A stretch of DNA of 64,000 nt from Chrysemys picta bellii (taxonomy: Eukaryota): contig NC_088791.1 in NCBI RefSeq assembly GCF_011386835.1, forward strand, positions 353,276,001-353,340,000, in the 5' to 3' direction. How positions within the stretch are numbered: the stretch's first letter is position 1; every line of letters begins with the position of its first letter. Positions 11,061-21,520 of this stretch are shown here, in pieces. The notes beneath the pieces were generated by a model. It saw only the letters and a list, made by a program, of their open reading frames with translations. It did not search any database and was not told the DNA's origin. The translations under genes and the position numbers were made by a program.

Positions 11061-12789
11061 CTCACTTCCACAAAAGGCCGCCAGACCAAGTGAGTCTTGT
11101 TCTGAGATGAAGGGAAACAACAAAACAAGAAAGCACAAAGATAAAATCACCCTGCGAGAGAGCATGGTGTGTGCTTCTCCTCTGTGACAAGCTGCATCTG
11201 AGCTGGCCTCTTAATGGTAACAGAAAGCTGCACGTTGGGAGACAGGGGCTCTAGTCTTGGTTCTGCCACCGACCTGCTGTGCCACCTTGGGTTCCTTTCT
11301 TTCCTCCTCAAACTTCTAAATCCTTCTCAGGGTCACAGCTTTGCCGGCCTCAGTCCCCCATTCCGCAGCCAAGGCCTACGTCCCATGGACCTTGTGTTTG
11401 GCTGCCTTTCGGCACATTTCACATGGATGGGCCTGGATTCCCCAGGCTGATCTCTCTCTCTTCCCTACACTCGTGGCTTTGTGGGGGTGGGAGAGAGATC
11501 GGGGGTGCTGTGGCCTGGTGCACTGGGCGAGGGGCTCATTTGCACGTGTTCTCTGGTCCTCCCGACTGTGGGAGAGAGAGAGGGAGAATAGAATGTGTGT
11601 GTGTGATTAGCTGTGTCTTACCTCATGTTAAAGGCATGTTTTGCCGCTGAGGATAAGGTGCTGATTCCTCCCGGGGATTAGAGGCTTGTTTAGCCTTCTG
11701 CTAATGTCAGAAACTCTCATCTCTAGACATTTTGGGTATGTCTTGTAGTCTCTCAGTGAACTTGAGATCTGACTCTATGTGGAAGCAGAGGTTGGTGATG
11801 GAAGGACAAAGGGATCTTGAGTCTAACATGCTAGTGAAAATGGACGGTATCTCTTTAAGACAGAGTCCAGCCTTGGAATTGGTAATGGTGAAGGATCTGA
11901 AAACTACTGAACAAGTTAGTGTCTGTGTTCATGCAAATTACCTGATTGACTGTGGGGGAGAAAGACATGCCCTTAGCTGTTAGCAGGGAGGACACAGCTA
12001 GCCAGCCAATGGATTCTGTTAAGCAAGAGAGTTCAGAATTTGACCCTCCAGGACAGGGAGGAAGGAAAAACCTTTATCCTGCTAATGGAAGCCACAGGTT
12101 AACCCTAAAATGCCAAAACCCCAACGGTATTGAGCCAAAGGCGTGGCATGAGAAAAATGCTGGTAAATGTACACTTGCGGTAAATTTGATGTTAATGCTA
12201 ATGTTAAATTTTGTGACTGGTTTGTTGCTAATGCCAAGAATTGTAAAGAGATACAATGTACATTATCTTTTGGAAAAACCCTTGAACATGTTGGGAGTGA
12301 TACATAAGGACTCAGTATGTGCTAAAAGCCTTTATGGTTAAACTGTTTCTTAGATGATAACACACTTTATGTCCAAAGGCCATGTAATACTGCTATCTCA
12401 AAGCGAGGGCATGCAACCAGTCTTGGGACTTTTCACAGCAGAAAAGATATTCCAGACTTAATGTGCTGTATGAGGAGGAAAACAGCCACACCACCATATT
12501 GCTTCCATGGTTAAATGCCAATGTACCTACGCTATGGTGAACATTAATATCTACATTGACTTGATGTTAATTGGGTACCAAACATTACCCAGAGCTTGTA
12601 CGGACTCTCTGGCCAGAGCCAGTGCAGCACGCAGAGAGAACAATATCAGCCCTGTACCGATCAGATTCTGGGAGCCAGGCCTGCCTCTTGCTCACAACCC
12701 GACTTTGCTTCATATCGGCAAAGTTTTGACCACTACTTTAGTTCAGGCTTCAGGCCTCCTACCAGGGCTCTGATACAAGGGCTTATGTT

Positions 12790-13060
12790 TCAGACCCTCT
12801 TCCTACTACACCCTTTCTTTCCTGTCTTTTAACCAGTTACTGACCCATGAGAGGACCTTCCCTCTTATCCCGTGACAGCTTACTTTGCTGAACAGCCTTT
12901 GGTGAGGGACCTTGTCAAAGGCTTTCTGAAAGGCCAAGTGCACTATAGCCACTGGATCTCCCTGGTCCACATGCTTGTTGACCCCCTCAAAGTATCGCAT
13001 AGCTTGGCGAGGCATGAGTTCCCTTTGAAAAGCTGTGTTAACCCTTTCCCAACTCATTGT
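12790..13060 (-). mobile_element. CR1 RT fragment
   Basis: Minus frame reads AFQKAFDKVPHQRLFSKVSCHGIRGKVLSW. Confidence 0.85.
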
Positions 13061-13644
13061 GTTTATCTTTTAAGGCCATTGGAGATAGTTGCTGCTAGCA
13101 CTTGCAGATGGGCCATACGCCACTGTAGGCAATCTCATTATACCGTCCCTTCCATCAGTTTACCCAGGTCACTTTGCCAATGAGGAAACTGAGGCGCACA
13201 CTGCACTGAGCTGGTGAGATAGACTGCCCTCTGGGTGCACAGTGGAGTCAAAGGGGGCTGATGGCTCGGCAGGGGTGTGTGTGTCCTAGCCAGGGGCTGC
13301 CCAATCTGCGAGTGCGGAGCCAGGCTGCGGAGCAGAGGCAGGGCAGGGGCAGGTTTGTACATCAATGAACTGGAAGTTCACAGCCGTTTAATTTCCACCA
13401 TTTTTACAATAGCTTCTGGTGGGGGGTCCCTCTGGCTCTGTGAGGAAGGAGGGAGGCAGAGACCCCATTACACACTGACTGTAGGTTAGCCAGCCCCTAC
13501 TCCTGCTGTACACCACTGAAGAACAAGAGAAAACAGTTCCTTCCTTTCACCCTAGGTCAGTCTTGTAACCCCAAGGCAAAGTGTCTGCCTGGCAGGGAGA
13601 TGTAGACCGTGGATGACATGCACACAGGCTGTGAATCTGGGGTG

Positions 13645-13800
13645 GGACTCAGGAGATCTGGGTTTTATCCCCAAGCTCTGCCACCAGCCTGCTGGAGAAC
13701 CTTGGGCAAGTCACGTCTTGCCTCAGTTTCCCCATCTGTAAAATGGGAATAATGATACCAATGTCCTTTGTAGAGTGCTCTGAGATCCACTGATGAAACA
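13645..13800 (+). mobile_element. MIR/CORE-type SINE fragment
   Basis: ccttgggcaagtcac...gcctcagtttccccatctgtaaaatggg core. Similar decayed pieces occur near 2120, 11250, 18190, 23570 and 28740. Confidence 0.65.
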
Positions 13801-14099
13801 GCTCAATATTATTACTTAATCTTGTTTCCTTTGGGACCCAAAGGCCTGTGCCAGGCATCTCCCAAAGTAGCAAACGGAGATGTGATCCCTGCCCCAAGGA
13901 GCTTACAAACTAGGCTAGACATAAGCAGGGAGAAACAAGGCCATGCATGCCACAGCTGTGTCCTCATTCTGCCCTGTGAAGGACAGCAGGTGCGGAGCAG
14001 AGGAGACGCAGGGTCATGCGCTTTGATTCTAAGCATACACTGCTGTCCTTGCTTTAAGTGGAGTTATTTCTGATCCTCCCAAAGCCAGAGGAAAATCCA

Positions 14100-14600
14100 A
14101 CCCACAGATCCAACCCAGATATTCCAAGGCCAGAAGGGAACATTGTGTTCATCCATTCTGAGCCCCTGCATCGTACAGGCCAGGGAACTGCCGCAGAATA
14201 ATTCCTAGAGCAGATCTGCTAGAAAAATATCTCATCTTCATTGAACAATGGTTGAAAAATGGTAAGTGATGGAGAATCCACCACAACCCTTGTAAATTGT
14301 TCCAAGGGTTAATTCCCCTCGCTGTTAGAAATCTCCACTTTATTCCCAGTCTGAATGTGTCTAGCTTCCACTTCCAGCATTGGATAGTGTGAGACTTTTC
14401 TCTGCTAGGGAGCAGAGCCCATTGTTAAACGTTTGTTCCCTGTGTAGGTTCTTACACACTGTGAACAGACTTAACTTTCTCTTTGTTAAACTAAACCGAT
14501 TGTTCTCTTTGAGCCTGTCACTATCAGGCAGGGTTTCTAATCCTTTACTCATTCCCGTGGCTCTTCTCTGAGCCCTCTCCAATGGATCAGCATCTTTCTG
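14100..14600 (-). mobile_element. Old CR1 3' fragment
   Basis: Minus frame reads KDADPLERAQRRATGMSKGLETLP...RLKE, the decayed CR1 ORF2 C-terminus. Confidence 0.7.
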
Positions 14601-14638
14601 GGGTCTGCCCATTTTGGGGAGCAGGGAGGTAGGGGCTG

Positions 14639-14683
14639 CCAATGCCATCGCTGCTCACAAAGATGTCATCAGTGATGTCACAG
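14639..14683 (+). promoter_or_regulatory. Conserved UBQLN upstream module (CCAAT plus tandem CRE-like sites), P1 copy
   Basis: CCAATgccatcgct-gctcacaaaGATGTCAtcagTGATGTCAcag. It aligns without gaps to 21137-21181 and to the reverse complement of 32174-32218. Confidence 0.65.
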
Positions 14684-14958
14684 TCAGCCCAGCCGTCAGG
14701 CAGAGCGGTGAACTGCTGGAGAAGCAGGAGGGAGCTGGTGGCCCGGGAGTGGGGAAGTGGGGGCTGGTATGCATGATTTGGGCCTGGATTCTGGCATTAC
14801 ACAGGGCAGGGGGAGGTCGGTTCCCTTCTCCTGCTCCCCCCGCCCGTAGATCTGTGATCACAGCAGCAAGAACAAGACCAAGACTATCACCATAGTTAAG
14901 GAAACCCAGCTCCCCCCGCACTCCGGCTCTCCTCGGCCCTCCCTGAGCCTCACGAAGC

Positions 14959-16506
14959 ATGGCTGACAGCGAAGAGATCACCCTCGCCTGCCCAATCATC
15001 GCCGCCAACCCCCGCATCATCCGGGTCACGGTGAAAACCGCCAAGCTGAAGGAGGAATTTGTGGTGCCAGAGAACAGCACCATCAAGCAGTTCAAGGAGG
15101 AGATCTCCAAGCACTTCAACTGCCAGACCAGCCAGCTGGTGCTAGTGTTTGTTGGGAGGATTTTGAAAGACCAGGACACCCTCAGGCAGCGGGGGATCCA
15201 GGACGGGATCACTGTCCACCTCGTCATCAGGACGCAGAAGAGACCCCAGGAGAATCCGCTGCCACACGTGTACGTGGCCAGGAACGTTGCCCCCGCCCCA
15301 GCGCCGTCCGGCGTCACCCCCGCCCACAGCAGCGCCTTTGATCTGAGCAGGCGGGGCCAGGGCGGGAACTTGTCCAGCACGGAGCTACAGAGCCCACTGC
15401 AGCTCCTGGCCAGCTCAGAGATGATGGCCCGGAAGGTGGAGAACCCGTTTATCCAGAGCATGCTCTCTAACCCTGACCTCATGAGGCAGCTGATCATGGC
15501 CCACCCGCAGATGCAACAGCTGGCCCAGCAAATCCCAGAGATCAGCCGCATCCTCAACAACGCGGACATCATGAGGGAGATGCTAGACATTGTTCGGAAC
15601 CCAGAAATGATGCAGGAGATGAGGAGTCAAGACCGAGCCTTGAGCAACTTGGAAAACATCCCGGGCGGGGACAATGCCTTGAGATGCGCCTATGCCGAGC
15701 CCCAGGAACCAATGCTAAGCGCCGCCCAAGAGCAGTTTGGAAACCTTCCCTTTGCTATGCTGGTGAGGAATCCCTCCTTGGAGGGTGTGGGTCGAGGTGG
15801 CCAGCCGTCCTGCGTAGATCACCGAGACCTGTTGGCTCCTCCCTCCGTCTCCCAGAGCGCCACAAGCATCTACACCAACAGCATCTGTGGGGACCTGGAC
15901 TGCGGTGTTACCAGCAGCAGCACCAACCCTCTCGGGCAGAGCTCTTCCGGGCCAAATCTGGGACCGGGGATGTTCACCACCGGAGGGATTCAGAACTTGG
16001 TGCAGCAGATCACCGAGAACCCCCAGCTGATCGTGAACTTGTGCGCCTCCTACACCAAGTGCATGATGCTGTCGCTGATACAGAACGCTCAGTTGGCAGC
16101 TCAGGCCACCTTCTCTGCGGAGAGCCCCCAGCACCAAGAACCAGTGACGCAGGGGCTGCCGAATTTCTTTCAGCAGATCCAGAACCCTGAGATGTTAGTG
16201 GCCATGTCCAACCCGAAAGCCATGCAAGCTTGGCTGCAGATTGAGCAGGGGCTGCAGACCTTGGCAGCAGAGGCCCCTGTCCTTCTGCCGTGGTTTACTC
16301 TCCGTTTGTGGGGACTGGGAAATTCGGGGAGCTCTCCAAGTGCTCCTGACCCGAGCCCTGCACCCAGTGAAACCCACGCAGCGCCGGCAGCGTCCGAGCA
16401 GGGACACCAACATCTAAACATGCTGCGGATGCTGAAAATTCTTCCTGGGACGAATCCTCAGCACTTACAAGCTCCCGAAATCAAATTTCAGGAAGAACTG
16501 GAGTAG
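14959..16506 (+). CDS. UBQLN: Intronless ubiquilin-like protein P1, 515 aa: UBL and STI1 regions, UBA lost
   Basis: UBL (RIIRVTVKT...LKDQDTL...TVHLVIR), STI1 (NPFIQSMLSNPDLMRQLIMAHPQMQQL), RALSNLENIPGG and NPKAMQAWLQIEQGLQTL. TAG stop falls at the start of the UBA. The symbol is family level. Confidence 0.9.
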   Translation: MADSEEITLACPIIAANPRIIRVTVKTAKLKEEFVVPENSTIKQFKEEISKHFNCQTSQLVLVFVGRILKDQDTLRQRGIQDGITVHLVIRTQKRPQENPLPHVYVARNVAPAPAPSGVTPAHSSAFDLSRRGQGGNLSSTELQSPLQLLASSEMMARKVENPFIQSMLSNPDLMRQLIMAHPQMQQLAQQIPEISRILNNADIMREMLDIVRNPEMMQEMRSQDRALSNLENIPGGDNALRCAYAEPQEPMLSAAQEQFGNLPFAMLVRNPSLEGVGRGGQPSCVDHRDLLAPPSVSQSATSIYTNSICGDLDCGVTSSSTNPLGQSSSGPNLGPGMFTTGGIQNLVQQITENPQLIVNLCASYTKCMMLSLIQNAQLAAQATFSAESPQHQEPVTQGLPNFFQQIQNPEMLVAMSNPKAMQAWLQIEQGLQTLAAEAPVLLPWFTLRLWGLGNSGSSPSAPDPSPAPSETHAAPAASEQGHQHLNMLRMLKILPGTNPQHLQAPEIKFQEELE

Positions 16507-16600
16507 CTGGACTCAATGGGCTCCTTGAACCGCGACGGGAACATGCATAGCAACCAGAGAAGATATCAGTGCAGCCGTGGGGAGACAGAAACATCCAGCC
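16507..16600 (+). pseudogene. Decayed UBA-coding remnant after the P1 stop
   Basis: LDSMGSLNRDGNM, then after a frameshift IATREDISAAVGR. Compare the canonical [30 protein letters not shown]. Confidence 0.8.
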
Positions 16601-16974
16601 CACCCGTCGTAGCACCGGCTCTGTAACATGTTCGCTCGGATTTCAGTCTTATAAAGAAAAGCCAATAACGGTGCACCTTTCTGTGGGGAGCTGTCGTTTT
16701 CTTGTCAGCGGCTGGAAGTCAGCAGCTTTTGCCTAAAGCTGTTGCATGCTTCAGCCCGATGATAAGGTGCTATTACCCAGCAGCTGGCCTCTAGGGAGTT
16801 TGAGATAATGAGTTCATGAATTATGAGCGTCACTACAGCTCTGGGAAGCAGATATTATTTAGAGCTGGGCAAAGAGTCTGTCTCTCTACCTGGGCGTGGG
16901 TGAGTGTAGTATTTGATTGGCTGACACGCAGTTAAGAATTCATCCTCACACCATCCCTGTGAGCTAAGGGTATG

Positions 16975-18001
16975 TGTCAAGGCTGGATCCCCACTCTGAA
17001 CTTTAGGGTACAAATGTAGGGGCCTGCATGAAAACTTCTAAGCTTAACTACCAGCTTAGCTCTGGTTCCGCTGCCACCATTCCCTCCCTGGGAAGCCTTG
17101 AGAAACCTTTCACCAATTCCCTGGTGAATACAGATCCAAACCCCTTGGATCTAAAACAAGGAGAAATTAACCATTCCCCCTCCCACCAACTCCTGGTGAA
17201 TACAGATCCAAACCCCTTGGATCTTAAAACAAGGAGAAATTAACCATCCCCCCTCCTTCCTCCCACCCACTGCGGTGGAATACAGATCCAACCCCCTTGG
17301 ATCTAAAACAAGGAGAAATTAACCATTCCCCCTCCTTCCTCCCACCAACTCCTGGTGAACACAGATCCAACCCCCTTGGATCTAAAACAAGGAGAAATTA
17401 ACCATTCCCCCTCCTTCCTCCCACCAACTCCTGGTGAATACAGATCCAACCCCCTTGGATCTAAAACAAGGAAAAATCAATCAGGTTCTTAAAAAGAAGG
17501 CTTTTAATTAAAGAAAAAGGTAAAAATCATCTCTGTAAAATCAGTATGGAAATTAACCTTACAGGGTAATCAAACTTAAAGAGCTCAGAGGACTCCCCTC
17601 TAGTCTTAGGTTCAAAGTACAGCAAACAAAGATAAACACTCTAGTAAAAGGTACATTTACAAGTTGAGAAAACAAAGGAAAACTAACACGCCTTGCCTGG
17701 CTATTTACTTACAAGTTTGAAATAGGAGAGACTTGTTTAGAAAGATATGAAGAACCTGGATTGATGTCTGGTCCCTCCCCCGAGAGCGAACGCACTCCCA
17801 AACAAAGAACACAAACAAAAGCCTCCCCCCCCCCCAAGATTTGAAAGTATCTTGTCCCCTTATTGGTCCTTTAGGTACCAGCCAGGTTACCTGAGCTTCT
17901 TAACACTTTACAGGGAAAAGGATTTTGGAGTCTCTGACCAAGAGGGATTTTATAGTACTGTACACAGGACAGCTGTTACCCTTCCCTTTATAGTTATGAC
18001 A
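16975..18001. mobile_element. Solo LTR with internal tandem repeat
   Basis: TGTCA...TGACA termini and a 5-bp TSD GTATG (16970-16974 and 18002-18006). Confidence 0.9.
17122..17472. repeat. Five 72-80 bp tandem units inside the LTR
   Basis: ggtgaatacagatccaa-cccc-ttggatct... units start at about 17122, 17194, 17273, 17353 and 17432. Confidence 0.9.
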
Positions 18002-19596
18002 GTATGTCTGCAAAAAAGTTTCCGAGCCCAAGTCTGCTGACTCAGGCTTGCTGGGCTCGTGCTTTGTGGCTACCAATAGCCGTGGACACATTCGGGCTGA
18101 GCCAGTTCAGCCGGGCTCTGAGACTCACTGCCATGGGGTTTTGTGTGTGTGTGTGGTTTTGAGGTTATTATCCCCATGGTGTAGACAGGGAAACTGAGGC
18201 ACAAAGAGATTGATTCATCCAAAATTACACATGGCATCTGTGAGAGACCTGGAATAGAACCGGATCTCCTGGGTCCCAGCCCAATAGTTGTGACTATAGT
18301 TGTGAAGCTCTAACCACAGTGGCTGGTGGTGTTTGTGCCATTTTACATTCACTGTTCAGCGCACGTTAGTGAACTTGTGTTTTGTTCACACAGATGTTTT
18401 TGGAGGAGATTTTTCTTGGTGTAAATATCAGTATTCATCAGCGATGAAGTGTTGGAAGTGCTAACCTTATGTCATCCAATTAGGAAACAGAAACCATGCC
18501 ATATGACTTAGTGGCTCAAATCGCAAACCTTGACTATCTAACCTAAGCACTTTGCAAACAGGTCAAAGGCCAAAACATGTTCAGAAATGCTCTTGGTCTA
18601 ACAATCATGAATGATGAAAAAAATCAGGCATGTTACGATTGGTGTGGGGCCAAATTGCAGACAGAGAAGGGTTAAATCTGAGGAACGAGTTGTTCTCAGT
18701 GACCAATTCATCCTGAGATCAATGGAGTTACGCCCTGGATTAATGCAGCCCACTACACCAGTAGCCATATCACCTTGTATCCACACCTAGGGCGGTGATG
18801 GTATTCAGATGGAGGGCAGCTGGTCTTCTCTGTCCTCTTTCATCAGCAGGTAGGCTCATAGGAGATCACCTCTTCTACCTCCTGGAGGAGCAGGTGCGCT
18901 GACCACCCTCTTGTTCTGGGAGAGCGGGACCCAGAAATACCAGACCAGAAGGGACCAGTCGGACAGTCTGCATGGCCAGGCCAGAGAGCCCACACAGGGA
19001 TTCCTCCATTGTGTCCCATCACTTAAAATGCGACTATTGGATCGCATCACCTACAAGCACTGTGGGGTGGAGGTGCCTCTAAACACTAAGGGGCTAGAGC
19101 AGTGGGGCCAACAAAAGGTGTTTCGGGGTCCTGCTGCTCGTCACTGGAGGAGCAGGCCTGTCTCATGGGGAGCAGAGGGACATGGGAGGTAGCAGGCCTC
19201 CCCATTGGAGAGCTGAGAAAGGGGAGGGCTAGCTGATTGTCTGAGAAGACAGACTGGCATGGGCCACCCCCTCTAACTACTGAGCCTGTGAGGAGGAGAG
19301 CTGCATGTCCCATGGGAAGATGACCTGCCCCTTGGCAAGAAGTGGAACACAGGGAGACGGTGTGGGGGCGGGGGCGGGGGGGTGGGCGGTGCCCTGCAAT
19401 CAAGAACAAGAGCTGTTGCAGCCCCACTGCTGCCGGATGGCGGGAGGGGGGCAGAGGATGTTTTCCAGGGGGATGCGCTTTCCCCAGAGGGAGCAGCTCG
19501 GCAGGGAACGGGCCAGAAGGCTGCCTCTGGCGAGAAGTCGGGTAGGAGGATAATACGGGGAAGCCAGGCTTGGGCACGGTTCACTCCGTGTTAGCC

Positions 19597-21002
19597 CGCC
19601 ATTTCTCAAATGCGGCCACCAGGGGGTTTCCCTGCAGCCAGGACAGCTTCTTTGGTGGTAGTGGTGGGGTGGGGGGCAAAGCATCGGACACCCCCCGCCC
19701 TCCCTGTTGCTCCTGATTGCCCTGCCCTGCACTTGGAGACAGGTGGGCACAACGCTGCAGGAGCATGGTGAGTTCTCTACCAGAGGGGAGACGGGGGGGC
19801 TTAGTGGGGCTCAGACTTCAGCCCTGGGGTGCTTGGGCGGTGGGGACTCAGGGAGCCTGGCTGCAGACTAGGGCTCCAGCCATGGGGCGTCAGACTCCAG
19901 CCCCTGGCCACATAGCGGCTGGCTCCGATCTCTGGCTCTGGCCATGTGGCACTGACCCCCAATCCGACCGGCAGCCACTGGCCACTGGCACTGGCCCCCA
20001 TCCGTGCATGCCGACCCCCAGCCCTATCACTGACCCTGGGTGCCGGCCCCAGGCGCCAACCCTGAGCTCCAGCGGCTGCCGGCCTTGGGTGCAGATCCCC
20101 GGCACTGGCCTTGGGCTCCAGCAGGTGCTGGCTCTGGGGGCTGACCCCTAGCTCTGGCCACGCAGCAGCAGGTGCAAACCCTAAGTGCCAGCCCCAAACC
20201 CTGGCTGTCCGCTCTGACCCCCAGCCCTTGCTGCTGACCCCGGGCACTGCTCCTGGATGTCAACCCTGGGTTCTGGCAGGTGCTGGCCATGGGCATTGCT
20301 CCTGAATGTCAGTCCTGGGTTCCGGCAGGTGCTGGCCACGGGCACTGATCTCAGCCCCAGGCACCAGCCCCGGGTGCAAATCCCCAGCCCCAGTCACACG
20401 GCAGCAGGCACCAACCCCAGTCTGGGGCGGGTGCTGGCCCAGGACACTGACTCCCAGCGGGGGCAGACCCCAAGCGCCGACCCTGAGTGCTGACCCTCGG
20501 CCCCGGTCGCACAGGAGCAAGTGCCGGCTCTGGGTGCTGATCCCCAGCCCAGGGCGCCGATCCCGGCCCTGACCACACAACTGCGGCCGCCAACTCTGGG
20601 CTCCAGTGGGTGCTAGCCCAGGGCGCCTACCCCAGCCCCAGGCACCAACCCACACCTCCAACCATGTGGTGGTGGCACCGGGTCCCCGCATCCAATCTCC
20701 CTGGTCCCCACTGCCGCACCCCCCACCCCTCCATCCCGGTCTTAACTTGCCAGGACTTGTTGTGAAAAGTGCGATTAACAAACATACAGATGTCACTTTT
20801 CACGGTAATATTTGTATTATTGAGTCTGCAAAAAAAAAAAAGACCCTACATAAATTACAATGATCTGGAGGTGGATCTGGGCTATTTATTTGTTTTTCCT
20901 AAAGCTGATGAAGTATTTTAGGGAAACGTGTCAGTGCAGCCACCAGCAAGAGTTGGTGGCCACACTCTGAGGCCAGCAAAACATTTGTTGTGAGAACCCC
21001 TA
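19597..21002. mobile_element. Non-autonomous hAT (Charlie-like) element with degenerate GC-rich internal minisatellite
   Basis: Ends cgccatttctcaaa and tgagaacccct. 8-bp TSD tgttagcc (19589-19596) / tgctagcc (21003-21010). Confidence 0.75.
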
Positions 21003-21136
21003 TGCTAGCCCAAGGTAACCCCCAGATGCCGTGGGTCCAGGGGCACTGTGTACATGGGTGCCGGACAGGCTGATGGAGGGAAGGATAGGCCAGGATATGG
21101 TGCTCCCGGGCCTGTTTTCAAGGGATGTGCCAGCCA

Positions 21137-21181
21137 CCAATGCCTTGTTTGCTTACTGTGATGTCAGCAGTGATGTCACAG
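21137..21181 (+). promoter_or_regulatory. Conserved UBQLN upstream module, P2 copy
   Basis: CCAATgccttgttt-gcttactgTGATGTCAgcagTGATGTCAcag. Confidence 0.65.
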
Positions 21182-21520
21182 GGCCCCGGGACCGGCAGGG
21201 TAGAAATTCTGCATGGGCAGGCGGCATCAGCAGCAGAAAGACCATGAGGGAACCCGCCAGGTGGTGAGTGAACCGAGGAGCAGGCCAACATCTGGCTGGA
21301 ATGTGCGCTCTGGCTTTGGCTTCCAGCAGTACCACGGGGAGAGCAGACCAATTCCCCCTTCCCACCACTCCGCCCCGGAAGCCCGTAACGATAGCGGCAA
21401 CAACGACCACCGCCGTACATCAGCCGAAAGGAATTGTCCCCCGTCACGTCCCATCTCCTTCTCCTGGTGCCTCTGCTCCCTGAGGAAGAACCAACGCGGA
21501 GCTCCTGGATCCCGGTCACC

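Noticed and set aside
11600-12790. Possible LTR/ERV-derived block with short ORFs (11732-12341)
   Set aside because: No gag, pol or env motifs and no verifiable termini or TSD could be identified by eye.
14655-15590. 311-aa antisense ORF and other antisense or alternative frames over UBQLN and OR genes (e.g. 21118-21849, 31172-31717, 36461-36787)
   Set aside because: Shadows of GC-rich coding sequence. Their recurrence in duplicates only reflects recent duplication.
17122-17472. CRISPR-like appearance of regularly spaced palindromic repeats (also the 84-bp array)
   Set aside because: The units are contiguous with no unique spacers, there are no cas genes, and the context is a eukaryotic LTR.
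21434-21520. N-terminal extensions in the ORF track for P2 (21434), P3 (32019) and P4 (50646)
   Set aside because: They start at TTG or GTG. The first ATGs (21521, 32010, 50637) have good Kozak context and precede the UBL at the expected distance.
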